From NCBI GenBank assembly GCA_965242595.1, contig OZ251464.1:2568021-2632020 (forward strand): DNA of 64,000 nt, written 5' to 3'. The notes below the pieces were generated by a model. The model saw only the letters and a program-made list of their open reading frames with translations. It made no database searches and was not told where the DNA came from. Position numbers and translations under genes: made by a program. Source of the stretch: Alphaproteobacteria bacterium (GTDB lineage Bacteria; Pseudomonadota; Alphaproteobacteria; SP197). Within the stretch, counting starts at the first letter, position 1, and every line of letters begins with the position of its first letter. This document shows positions 55,660 to 64,000 of the stretch, piece after piece.

Positions 55660-57363
55660 TCAACCCTTATAGTGCGTCGGCAGTCTTCTGGGGCCTTCGT
55701 CAGTTGGTTTACCAAATTCTCCATATTGACTAAGCTGTTCGGGTAGTTCCTCCGCTGCACCGCCTATCGCGACAGCAAGCTGAGGGTACTCTGTCTTTAA
55801 ATCCGGATATCGTTCGGTAAGCCACGAGGGCACGTCCGGTGCGAGTATACAGCGCAAACGACGACCATGAACCCTAACAGATTTATTTCCCAGCTCACGA
55901 ACCATTGGCAATCTCGAGCTCCCACCAGTGAGTATGATAGTAAGCCCTTGGTCAGACAGTCCTTCAACCCAAGAATGGTGCGCACTTTCCAGCGACTCCT
56001 GGAACGTTTTCTTGAGGTTACTCGCGAACTTGACAACTCGCTCGTCTCCCAGGAAATCGTCTTTCCTGATCGATCCGACGTCATCGTTGGAAAGGCTGTA
56101 GCTAGCTGATCCTTCCCGAAACATGTTCTCTTTCAGGATTCGATCACGCAAGCGGAGATCGGAATTAACATGATCGTATTCAGCATCTCCAGGCCTGATA
56201 TTTTCCTGTTCGAGAATACACCTTACCAGTATGTTGTCGATCATATCCCCGCCTTGCCGCAATACTTTAGCTGTATTAAGTATCTCAGCGATCCTTGGTT
56301 GGTCGTCTCCACTTCGAGGTGGCGCGACGATAAATAAACCATAATCTGTCGTCCCAGCACCAGCATCCACCACCATATACAAACGGCGCTCCTTGAATCC
56401 TCGCAGACTACTCGACGCGGCCGCGACTGCCTCATGTACACCTTGATCGATGAGGTATTCCGGGAGCTTTGTAAGCTCTCCAACTTCATCGAGTTTCTCT
56501 CGAACAAGGGCAACACCAAGTCCTCCAGTCCACTTTCCGCTGAATGAATCAGCAAGAATCTGCGCTCTCGCTAGCATCTCTTTTATTCGCAATTCTGCCC
56601 ATTGAGCACGTTCTTTCGACCAGAAAGGCATAGCAAAACGCCTTAATACATAACGGGATATGTTCTGGGACGCGAGCTCAGAGCATGCCAAGTCCGTTAA
56701 GAACGCAAGATATAGGGTGATCAATTCTTTCCTCATAAAATCAATCGATGGGTGCGGATTAATCTCTTTCCCAATTGGTCTGTCGATAAAGTCGAAAGAA
56801 TCGTCGAAATAGCCTTGACTTAGGTCTTGTTTCAAAGAATCATACCGCAACTGTCCGGGATTCTGTTCACTCAGGCTTTTACCAATTGCTTCATGACCAA
56901 AATAAATCTTGGCATCACGACCAATGTACAGGGTCGAAGATACCGGAAATTTCATGTGTGGTTCTTTGGCTCGTTGCCCTATAGGAAGAAGGAGAAGCCC
57001 ATCACCCCAATCTCTTGTCGCAGATGCCTTCGACATGGCCGTTCCAAAGTCGAGGCACAACTTCACGGATTCATCATCGGGTTTGTCACGCTCCAAACTG
57101 GCAAGATTCAAGCTTGCCCCTTTCGGTTTCACCACCACCTCTTCAGATCCTGCTATACTTCGCTCCGTCAGCGGCACGTGGTTCGTTGGCATGATCGAAG
57201 TGGCGCCGTCATCCATTGTAGCCAATGCGTACGCGATGGCCTCGAATTCCCGATCCGAAATCGCACCACCGATATAGCGTTTCCCGGTTTTCGGATTTCT
57301 CTCAATCCTGTCCACCAGATTCTCCAGCATCAACCTAGCAATCTTAGCGTCCATTGCATTCAC
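55660..57363 (-). CDS. Hsp70/actin-fold (ASKHA) ATPase, nucleotide-binding domain only, with about 100-aa N-terminal extension
   Basis: ..VKLCLDFGTAMSKAS.. (phosphate-1, compare DnaK IGIDLGTTNS); ..VHEAVAAASSS.. (compare NEPTAAALAY); ..LYMVVDAGAGTTDYGLFIV.. (phosphate-2, compare DLGGGTFD); ..LTIILTGGSSRLPMVREL.. (adenosine motif, compare VGGQTRMPMV). There is no recognisable beta-sandwich/lid substrate-binding domain. Codon usage is AT-rich. Confidence 0.8.
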   Translation of the reverse strand: MNAMDAKIARLMLENLVDRIERNPKTGKRYIGGAISDREFEAIAYALATMDDGATSIMPTNHVPLTERSIAGSEEVVVKPKGASLNLASLERDKPDDESVKLCLDFGTAMSKASATRDWGDGLLLLPIGQRAKEPHMKFPVSSTLYIGRDAKIYFGHEAIGKSLSEQNPGQLRYDSLKQDLSQGYFDDSFDFIDRPIGKEINPHPSIDFMRKELITLYLAFLTDLACSELASQNISRYVLRRFAMPFWSKERAQWAELRIKEMLARAQILADSFSGKWTGGLGVALVREKLDEVGELTKLPEYLIDQGVHEAVAAASSSLRGFKERRLYMVVDAGAGTTDYGLFIVAPPRSGDDQPRIAEILNTAKVLRQGGDMIDNILVRCILEQENIRPGDAEYDHVNSDLRLRDRILKENMFREGSASYSLSNDDVGSIRKDDFLGDERVVKFASNLKKTFQESLESAHHSWVEGLSDQGLTIILTGGSSRLPMVRELGNKSVRVHGRRLRCILAPDVPSWLTERYPDLKTEYPQLAVAIGGAAEELPEQLSQYGEFGKPTDEGPRRLPTHYKG

Positions 57364-57384
57364 TCCAGTTTGTTTTCGGCTCGC

Positions 57385-58863
57385 CTACTCGGGCTCAACT
57401 CTGGCCATTAAGACGACTTCAGTAGTATCGTCGCCTCGCACTCGCTCTACCAAGGGGCGAACGATTCTCACGCGCCGCGCACCTACTATAGAGCTATCGA
57501 CTCTCTCATGCTCGATTGGCGAGTAATCCACCACTTCACCCCTTTCCCCCCGCAAATATAGAGACCGTTTGCTGGCAAGAGCAAGTACTTCTTCTGCCAT
57601 GAATTTCGCTCTTTTTAGAAGCATCTCGATACTCGCCTTGCGATCAGGTTCGAAGATATGCATTTCGTCCAGAAAATCACGCCCTGGCCCATCGATCATC
57701 TGGACAAGCCGGCGGCTATCGATTAACAGCAAGGCAAGTGCTTGATCGGAATCCATCCGTGCACTCTCGGCAATGAGTTCTGCTCCATGCACTCTTCCCG
57801 TCACCCGTCCTCGCCGAAGCCACTGGACAACATTCTTGCTAAGACCTGTGGTTTGATCCGCGATCCTGGATGTGGTTTTCAAAGCCTCTTCGCGCGATCC
57901 CTTCATTAGAGCAAGAGACTCCAGCAGTTTATCCTCTGGAATGCCCTGTTTGGCCAGAAGGATAATGGCTTCTTCAATGTCAAACGCTAAAATTGTGAGT
58001 GACTTGCGGGCATTCTTTGGCCATATCCTCCCCACAAACCATCGGGAGGGAACACGCATCGCCATGTACACTTCCTCCTCTGTCACCAGCGAAAGTCGTG
58101 TTCTTACGAGATCGTGTAGAAACAACGCAAACTCCACTACAACATCGGTGGCCTTGTCTAGCGACTTTGGTTGACCAACATTCCGAAAGGTGTCGGCAAA
58201 AAGTCCCTCTACAACTTTTCCTATGTCATTACCCACTGGCTTCTCTATATGCGGAAGTTCTTGGCGAATAGCTGCGAGAATGCGTTTCAATCTCTTTGCC
58301 GTACTGTCGCTTGGCACGTCCGTCCCCGGATGCCATTCGGTAAGCGGTTTACGAAGAGCACCGAACGCGCTCGCAAGGTCGGGAGCTTTCTCCAGTAAGG
58401 TCTGAACAAGCTCACTTCTTGCCTTTTCCCCTGCTCCCTCTTCCACAATTGATTTCCCGAGATACGGGACCACCCACTCGCCTTCTGCCCATCGTAGTGT
58501 TTGGGTGGCATATGCTCGGTCTTCTGCATCACTAAGTTCAGAAAGCTTGGGTAGCGGTGTTCGCAGCGCCGCAGCTATGGATTGCATTAAACCATCGCGC
58601 TTGGTTTTGAGCCGGCTCGCTATGCGCGCAACTACGGTGAGGGCGAGCAACTTTTGCCTTGGATCGCCACTTGACTGAACTTCTTTAATTGCATCTTCAA
58701 CACCCTGAATGAACCTCGGGTCATCATGCACGAAGTGAATTGTTCCCCTCTTCATCAATTCCTTCAAACTATGTATCTTTCGCTCCATTTTGCTATCATT
58801 GGCAAACGTGTGCAATGCAGCTTCGACGGAAGGCCGATTATCGATTGACTTCCTCTCATTCAT
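57385..58863 (-). CDS. hypothetical 492-aa protein, mostly helical, first gene of the operon with the Hsp70-like ATPase
   Basis: It is a clean AT-rich ORF that ends 21 nt upstream of the ATPase start, and I recognise no catalytic motif. The C-terminal segment ..GEVVDYSPIEHERVDSSIVGARRVRIVRPLVERVRGDDTTEVVLMARVEPE loosely recalls the GrpE beta-domain pattern (FDP..H.A ... V..V..GY ... RpA.V.V). This is a weak, unverified resemblance. Confidence 0.7.
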   Translation of the reverse strand: MNERKSIDNRPSVEAALHTFANDSKMERKIHSLKELMKRGTIHFVHDDPRFIQGVEDAIKEVQSSGDPRQKLLALTVVARIASRLKTKRDGLMQSIAAALRTPLPKLSELSDAEDRAYATQTLRWAEGEWVVPYLGKSIVEEGAGEKARSELVQTLLEKAPDLASAFGALRKPLTEWHPGTDVPSDSTAKRLKRILAAIRQELPHIEKPVGNDIGKVVEGLFADTFRNVGQPKSLDKATDVVVEFALFLHDLVRTRLSLVTEEEVYMAMRVPSRWFVGRIWPKNARKSLTILAFDIEEAIILLAKQGIPEDKLLESLALMKGSREEALKTTSRIADQTTGLSKNVVQWLRRGRVTGRVHGAELIAESARMDSDQALALLLIDSRRLVQMIDGPGRDFLDEMHIFEPDRKASIEMLLKRAKFMAEEVLALASKRSLYLRGERGEVVDYSPIEHERVDSSIVGARRVRIVRPLVERVRGDDTTEVVLMARVEPE

Positions 58864-58960
58864 CGTGCACCGCTACCTCGTATTGTACGTGCAAATTTGA
58901 ATCCTCATAAAGGGTACACCACGTAACCATGATGTGTCTTCGATCTCTCTGTGGAGTTCA

Positions 58961-58989
58961 TGTATAACGGCCATCGCATGCTTAGTCAA
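58961..58989 (-). promoter_or_regulatory. candidate sigma70-type promoter for the 58863-55660 operon
   Basis: The minus strand reads TTGACT-N17-TATACA (-35 at 58989-58984, -10 at 58966-58961), about 100 nt upstream of the ATG at 58863. A GAGGT Shine-Dalgarno sequence lies 11 nt before the ATG. This is pattern matching only. Confidence 0.4.
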
Positions 58990-59024
58990 GGCTCCATATC
59001 GCTGTAGCCCAGAAAAGCGATCAT

Positions 59025-59822
59025 CTAATCCGCCAGCGCCACCGTCATGCCGCCATCCACCGTCAGCACATGGCCGTTGACATAGGCGGCGGCGTCCGAT
59101 GCCAGGTAAAGGGCCGCCATGGCCACCTCCTCCGGCAGCCCCCAGCGCCCGACCGGCGTGCGGCGGCAGACGAAGGCGTTGAAGACCTTGTCGTCGTAGA
59201 GGGGGCGGGTGAGCTCGGTGGCGATGTAGCCGGGCGCGATGGCGTTGACGGTGATGCCGGCCGGGGCCAGCTCTGCCGCCATGGAGCGCAGCAGCGCGTT
59301 CATGCCGCCCTTGGCCGCGCTGTAGGCGGGCACGGTGGCACGCCCTACCGAGGCCAGGATGGACGAGGTGAAGACGATGCGCCCGCGCCCCGCCGCCGCC
59401 ATGGCGCGCGCCGCCGCCTGGCCCAGGCGGAAGGCGGGCGTGAGATGCACATCCAGCACCGCCTGCCAATCGGCCAGAGCGTGGCTCAGAAAGGGCGCGC
59501 GCATGGGCTGGCCGGCGTTGTGGACCAGGATGTCGAGGCGCCCGTGGCGGCGGTGAAAGGCGGCGATGGCGGCGGCGCCCGCCTCCCCGTCCGCCACGTC
59601 GAAGGGCAGCGGCTGGGCCGCGATGCCCTGGGCGGCCAGCGTTCGGCAGGCCCCCTGCAGCGTCTTGCGGCAGCGGCCGTTGAGGGCGACGCTGGCCCCG
59701 GCCGCGCCCAGGGCGCGGGCGATGGCAAGGCCCAGGCCGCGCGACGCGCCGGTGACGATGGCGGCGCGCCCGGCCAGCGAGAAGGCCTGCGCCAGGCCTG
59801 CCGCCGGCCCCGCCTCAGGCAT
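59025..59822 (-). CDS. SDR family oxidoreductase
   Basis: ..GRAAIVTGASRGLGLAIARAL.. ..YSAAKGG.. (YxxxK). The gene is 265 aa. Confidence 0.85.
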   Translation of the reverse strand: MPEAGPAAGLAQAFSLAGRAAIVTGASRGLGLAIARALGAAGASVALNGRCRKTLQGACRTLAAQGIAAQPLPFDVADGEAGAAAIAAFHRRHGRLDILVHNAGQPMRAPFLSHALADWQAVLDVHLTPAFRLGQAAARAMAAAGRGRIVFTSSILASVGRATVPAYSAAKGGMNALLRSMAAELAPAGITVNAIAPGYIATELTRPLYDDKVFNAFVCRRTPVGRWGLPEEVAMAALYLASDAAAYVNGHVLTVDGGMTVALAD

Positions 59823-60807
59823 CGCCGCGGCCCGGCTCTGGCCAGCCGTCTTCGCCCGGCGGATACCAGTGCCGTTCCAGCACCTCCAGAATGCCGGCCA
59901 GGCAGGCGTCGCGGCGCCGTTCCAGCTCGCGGATATCGCGCTTGCCGGCCTCGGCCTCGCTGCCCGCGATCACGGCTTCGCGCAGCCTCTCGGTGAGCTT
60001 GGGCGGGGCGAGCTTGGTCCAGGGCAGATCGAGGGCGGGGCCGAATTGTTCCATGGTGTGGCGCATGCCCCCCGGCCCGCCGGCGCAGTGCCAGGCCAGG
60101 CACATGCCCATCACCGCCCAGCGCAGGCCGGGGCCGCCGACGATGGCGGCGTCGATTTCCGCCACCGTGGCCACACCTTCGTCGATCAGGTGCAGCGCCT
60201 CGTGCCACATCGCGCATTGCAGCCGGTCGGAGAGATAGGCGTCGATCTCCTTGCGAACATGGAGCGGGCGCATGCCGACGCGCCGGTAGAAGGCGGCGGC
60301 CGCCTGCACCGTTTCCGGCGCGGTCCTCTCACCCGCGACGATCTCGACCAGGGGCAGGAGATAGACCGGCGAGAAGGGATGGCCGATCGCCAGCCGTTGC
60401 GGCCGCCGGCAGCGGGACTGGATGCGGCTGGGCAGCAGGCCCGAAGAGCTGGACGCGATCACGGCTTCGGGGCGGCAGTGGCGATCGATGTCGCGGCAGA
60501 CGGCGATCTTCAGCTCTTCGCGCTCGGGCACGCTTTCCTGGATGAAGTCGGCATCGCGCACCGCCTGTTCCAGGTCGGCGGTAAAGGCGAGGCGGGCGCG
60601 GTCGGCCCCTTGCGCCAGGCCGCGCCTTTCCAGCACCGGCCAGGCGCGCTCCAGATTGTCGCGCAGCTGGGCCTCGGCGCCCGGTGCCGGGTCGGTCGCC
60701 ACCACGTCCAGCCCGGCGGCGAGGCAGCGCGCCGCCCAGCCGCTGCCGATCACGCCCGCGCCCACCAGGGCGATTCGCCGGACGTCTTCGGCCGCCACCG
60801 GCGTCAC
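59815..60807 (-). CDS. 3-hydroxyacyl-CoA dehydrogenase-family NAD-binding protein (L-carnitine dehydrogenase-like)
   Basis: ..RIALVGAGVIGSGWAARCLAAGLDVVATDP.. ..FIQESVPEREELK.. ..IASSSSGLLPS.. shows the HCDH fold. The resemblance to carnitine dehydrogenase is from memory. Confidence 0.7.
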   Translation of the reverse strand: MTPVAAEDVRRIALVGAGVIGSGWAARCLAAGLDVVATDPAPGAEAQLRDNLERAWPVLERRGLAQGADRARLAFTADLEQAVRDADFIQESVPEREELKIAVCRDIDRHCRPEAVIASSSSGLLPSRIQSRCRRPQRLAIGHPFSPVYLLPLVEIVAGERTAPETVQAAAAFYRRVGMRPLHVRKEIDAYLSDRLQCAMWHEALHLIDEGVATVAEIDAAIVGGPGLRWAVMGMCLAWHCAGGPGGMRHTMEQFGPALDLPWTKLAPPKLTERLREAVIAGSEAEAGKRDIRELERRRDACLAGILEVLERHWYPPGEDGWPEPGRGDA

Positions 60808-61826
60808 GGCGCCGCTCCCGCCTGCGCCTTATCGCCGCTGCCGGGGCCGAAGGTGGCGGCGAACAGCCGCAGCCAATTGCCGCCGGCCAGCCTGGCGATG
60901 TCGTCTTCGCCGAAGCCGCGCTGGCGCAGGCCCTCCAGCACGGCGGGAAAGGCGGCGGGCGAGTGGAACCAATCTGGCCAGCTAGCCAGCACGGAGGGCG
61001 CCGCCAGCGGGCTTTCCCGCGCCCAGCGCCCGGCCCGCCACCAGGTGACGACGTCCGGTGGATGGCCGGCGTGAAAGTCGGAGCCGAAGGCCACCGCCTC
61101 GATGCCGAAGCGTTCCGCCGCCCATTCCACCATGCGGCAGAAATCGGCCAGCGCGGTGCCGGCCGGCAGCAGCTTTGGATACATGCTGAGGCCGATGACG
61201 CCGCCCGCCCGGGCCACCGCTTCGATCAGCGCCGTGGGCTTGTTGCGGCGCGCCAGCTCGACCCCGGTGCCGACGAACTCGCAGGGGTTGGCATGGGTGA
61301 TGGCGATGGGCGCTTCGGAAAGCTCCAGGGCATCGAAGCCGGTCTTCGGGTTGCAGTGGGAGATGTCGATCAGCATGCCGCAGCGGTTCATCTCGCGCAC
61401 CAGATTTCGCCCGAAGAAGGGGGCGAGCCCCAGCGAATCGTCCTCCCAGCAGCCGGCGCCGGCGCTGTTCTGCAGGTTGTAGGTCAGCTGGGCGACGCGC
61501 ACGCCCAGGCGGTGGAAGATCTCCACCAGATCGATGTCGTCTTCGAAGGCGGCGCTGTTCTGGAAGCCGAACACCACCGCGGTGCGCCCCGAGGCGGCGA
61601 TGGCCCGGATGCCGGCCGCATCGCTGGCGGGCGCGATCAGATCGCCATGGGCGGCGAACATCCGGTTCCAGCGCCCGATGGCGGCGATGGTCTCGCGCGC
61701 GTTCTCCCAGATGGAAAGGGTGACGTGGACGCAGCCCAGCCCGCCCTGGCGCCATTCCAGAAAGCGCGCCCGTTCCGGGCGGCTGAGCTGCAGGGCATCG
61801 ACCAGGAGCGGGGCGGGCGCCGTCAC
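60804..61826 (-). CDS. membrane dipeptidase family protein (peptidase M19)
   Basis: ..LVDALQLS.. ..VFGFQNSAAFEDDIDLVEIFHRLGVRVAQLTYNLQN.. ..GMLIDISHCN.. ..GSDFHAG... The GTG start at 61826 overlaps the upstream LLM stop (GTGA). Confidence 0.8.
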   Translation of the reverse strand: MTAPAPLLVDALQLSRPERARFLEWRQGGLGCVHVTLSIWENARETIAAIGRWNRMFAAHGDLIAPASDAAGIRAIAASGRTAVVFGFQNSAAFEDDIDLVEIFHRLGVRVAQLTYNLQNSAGAGCWEDDSLGLAPFFGRNLVREMNRCGMLIDISHCNPKTGFDALELSEAPIAITHANPCEFVGTGVELARRNKPTALIEAVARAGGVIGLSMYPKLLPAGTALADFCRMVEWAAERFGIEAVAFGSDFHAGHPPDVVTWWRAGRWARESPLAAPSVLASWPDWFHSPAAFPAVLEGLRQRGFGEDDIARLAGGNWLRLFAATFGPGSGDKAQAGAAP

Positions 61827-63010
61827 TGGGCCGCCTCTTCCTGCGGCATGGCGGCGAATTGGGGCATGACGCGCTCTGCGAACAGCTCGATGCCGCGCAG
61901 CACCTTGCGGAAGGGCACGAAGCCCGGATTGGGCCACAGGGTGACGTGGCGGCAGTTCAGCCGTTCGCGGAATTTGTGGATGCGTTCGGCCACGAAATCG
62001 GGCGAACCCACCAGCAGCACCTCGTATTTCTGCAGGAAATCGAACCAGTCGAGATTACGGTCGTCGTCGCTCATGGTCTCGTCTTTGGCCAGCAGCCCCT
62101 GGCGGGCCCAATTGGGATTCAGCCCGGTGGCGGCCTGGAAAAAGGCGTTGATGCCGGGCCGGGCCTCGCGTTCCGCCTGTTCCTGGGTGGCGGCGATGTG
62201 GAAGGTGCGCATGGCGTTCAGCGTCTGGCCGTTGGCGCACAGGCCCAGCGGCAGGCGGCGCCCGCACAGCTGGGAGGCCACATCGCGATAGCGGCCCCAG
62301 GCCTCGCGCGTGCCCGCGAAGGAACGGGCGATGCCGATGATGGCATGGCCGCGCCTGGCGGCGAATTCGTAGGAAGCGGTGGAATCGGCCGCCTGCCAGA
62401 TGGGCGGATGCGGCTTCTGATAGGGCTTCGGCATCACGCCCAGCGCCTTCAGCCGCCCGTCGGGCCAGAAATGCTCCGGATCGTCGGCCACCGCCTGGGC
62501 ATCCTTTTCCGACCAGCCGGGAACCGGAAAGGTGTAGAAGGCGCCTTCGTGGCGCATGGCCTCTTCGGTCCAGCATTTCATCACGATGTCCAGCACCTCT
62601 TCGAACAGGCGATAGTTGGTCTTGGGGTCGCGGCGGTCGGCGGCGCGGTGGAACTGGATGCCGGCGGTGCTGTCGGTGCCCCGGGCGATGCCGACATCCA
62701 GCCGGCCCTTCACCAGATGGTCGGCAGTGGCGAGGTCTTCGGCCAGGCGAATCGGGTGGTAATCGGTCAGGATGCAGGCGCTCTGGCCCATGCGCAGCCT
62801 GTCGGTGACGCTGGCCAGATGCAGGCCCACCAGAACCGGATTGGGGCAGGCGACCGGGTAGCCCCTGTGCCAGAAATGGTGTTCGCCCAGCCAGCAGGTG
62901 GTGAAGCCGGCCTGGTCCAGCAGCACGGCCGTCTGGCGCCATTCGTCGAACAGCGCCTGCGGCGGATAGACCTCCAGCTCGTGGTAATAGACGTTGCCGT
63001 CGAAGCGCAT
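61823..63010 (-). CDS. LLM-class (luciferase-like) flavin-dependent oxidoreductase
   Basis: ..LLDQAGFTTCWLGEHHFW.. ..PIRLAEDLATADHLVKGRLDVGIARG... The gene is 395 aa. Confidence 0.8.
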   Translation of the reverse strand: MRFDGNVYYHELEVYPPQALFDEWRQTAVLLDQAGFTTCWLGEHHFWHRGYPVACPNPVLVGLHLASVTDRLRMGQSACILTDYHPIRLAEDLATADHLVKGRLDVGIARGTDSTAGIQFHRAADRRDPKTNYRLFEEVLDIVMKCWTEEAMRHEGAFYTFPVPGWSEKDAQAVADDPEHFWPDGRLKALGVMPKPYQKPHPPIWQAADSTASYEFAARRGHAIIGIARSFAGTREAWGRYRDVASQLCGRRLPLGLCANGQTLNAMRTFHIAATQEQAEREARPGINAFFQAATGLNPNWARQGLLAKDETMSDDDRNLDWFDFLQKYEVLLVGSPDFVAERIHKFRERLNCRHVTLWPNPGFVPFRKVLRGIELFAERVMPQFAAMPQEEAAQ

Positions 63011-63034
63011 CGCCTCGCCCCCTTGCCGTCCACG

Positions 63035-64000
63035 CTAGGCCGCGCCCGGCGGGCGGTCAAATCCGGGCGGGGCAGCCTTCCGGCGCGGCACGATCAGGGC
63101 GTCGGCGGCGACCACGCCCTGGCCCTGCGGCAGCACCAGCAGCGGGTTGATGTCGATGCCGTCCAGCCACGGCTCATGGGCAAGGGCAAAATCGGCCAGG
63201 GTGGCCAGCGCCCGTTGCAGCGCCGGGATGTCGGCGCGGCGCCCGCGAAAGCCCGCCAGCAGCCGGGCCAGGCGGCCGCTGCCCGTCAGCCGTTCCAGCT
63301 CCCCCGCGCGCAGCGGCAGGCAGGCCATGGCCACCTCGTCCACCAGCTCTGCCAGCACGCCGCCCGGCCCCAGGGCCAGCACCAGCCCGAAATCGTCGTC
63401 GCGGGCGATGCCGGCGATGGCCTCCACGCCGGGGGGTGCCATTTCCTGGGCAACGATCGCCGCCGCCTCCCGGCCCTGCCCGGCAAGGCGGGCGCGAAGG
63501 CGTTGCCAGGCCGCGGCAGCGGCATCGCCATCGCCCAGCCCCAGCTCCACCAGCCCCAGCTCGCTGCGATGGGGGATGGCGTCGTCCACCGCCTTCATCG
63601 CCAGCGGCCAGCCCAGCCGCTGCCCCGCCTGCCGCGCCTCCTCCGCGCTCGCCACCGGGTGGCCCGCCGTCACGCCGAGGCCGGCGGCGGCCAGCAGGGC
63701 TTTGGCGTCGTGCTCGTGCACCGTCTCCCGCCCCGCCCAGGGCGGCGGCGCTGGCGCGCTGGGCGGGGAGGCCGGCGGCGCGCCCGGGCGGCGCTGCCAG
63801 CGGGCGAGGCGGGCCACGGCCCCCAGCCCCTGGGCCATGCCGGTCAGCGTCGCCACGCCGGCCCGGCGCAGGGTGGCGGCCTGGCCGGTCTTCATGGTGC
63901 CGTGGCGGGCCGAAAGCAGATAAAGGGGCAGGCGGTGGCGGTTCTGGGCCTGGGTCAACAGCGCCGTCACGGCGGCGTCCTGGCCTTCGTAATCGACCGC
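63035..64000 (-). CDS. acetate--CoA ligase (ADP-forming) family protein, ATP-grasp/CoA-ligase C-terminal part; N-terminus beyond window
   Basis: ..LHEHDAKALLAAAGLGV..PLAMKAV..ELGLVELGL..GVLAELVDEVA..IDINPLLV... The frame stays open upstream of the listed start (..AVDYEGQDAAVTALL..) to the window end. Confidence 0.7.
   Translation of the reverse strand, partial: AVDYEGQDAAVTALLTQAQNRHRLPLYLLSARHGTMKTGQAATLRRAGVATLTGMAQGLGAVARLARWQRRPGAPPASPPSAPAPPPWAGRETVHEHDAKALLAAAGLGVTAGHPVASAEEARQAGQRLGWPLAMKAVDDAIPHRSELGLVELGLGDGDAAAAAWQRLRARLAGQGREAAAIVAQEMAPPGVEAIAGIARDDDFGLVLALGPGGVLAELVDEVAMACLPLRAGELERLTGSGRLARLLAGFRGRRADIPALQRALATLADFALAHEPWLDGIDINPLLVLPQGQGVVAADALIVPRRKAAPPGFDRPPGAA

Noticed and set aside
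55100-55663. Lipoprotein ORF start at 55663, overlapping the Hsp70-like gene stop.
   Set aside because: The internal ATG at 55609 has a strong AAGGAGA ribosome-binding site and is followed directly by a signal peptide and lipobox. The upstream 18 codons (MMGAGRLRRGGDYPKGEK) look untranslated.
58873-59469. 198-aa minus-strand ORF spanning the islet promoter region, and a 24-codon mini-ORF (58914-58979).
   Set aside because: Most of the long ORF is an out-of-frame reading of the SDR gene. The mini-ORF has no ribosome-binding site or recognisable features.

Overview
High-GC chromosomal segment that looks alphaproteobacterial (my impression from gene content and codon bias; no search was run). 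It is densely coding, with about 55 supported CDS, 3 tRNAs and 2 gene remnants. Most of it is housekeeping or catabolic: pheA-kdsB, coaBC, nadK, mnmA-ferredoxin-2x cysteine desulfurase-cysE, formaldehyde detoxification (frmA/fghA), a peptide-type ABC importer, an MscS-family channel, hyuAB and an ilvC-like gene. There is also a striking concentration of quaternary-amine/osmolyte-type oxidation genes: 4 Rieske oxygenase alpha subunits, a TMADH-like Fe-S flavoprotein, 2 GMC/choline-dehydrogenase-like enzymes, a GcvT-like protein, a carnitine-dehydrogenase-like protein, a BisC-like molybdoenzyme and a GlxA-type regulator. Three short, visibly AT-richer patches interrupt this background. (a) A DNA methyltransferase is cut by the left window edge (1-949). 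(b) A two-gene ABC/RecF-like ATPase plus small Toprim-like protein module lies at 21770-23634 and resembles PARIS/AbiL. (c) A two-gene operon lies at 55660-58863, with its own sigma70-like promoter. It encodes a 492-aa mostly helical protein and a 567-aa Hsp70/actin-fold ATPase that has no substrate-binding domain. Patch (c) is my best candidate for an undescribed system, because I cannot match it to any named defence or chaperone module. The many very long ORFs on the opposite strand or out of frame are high-GC artefacts. All calls come from reading the translations and motifs; no database search or computation was possible.
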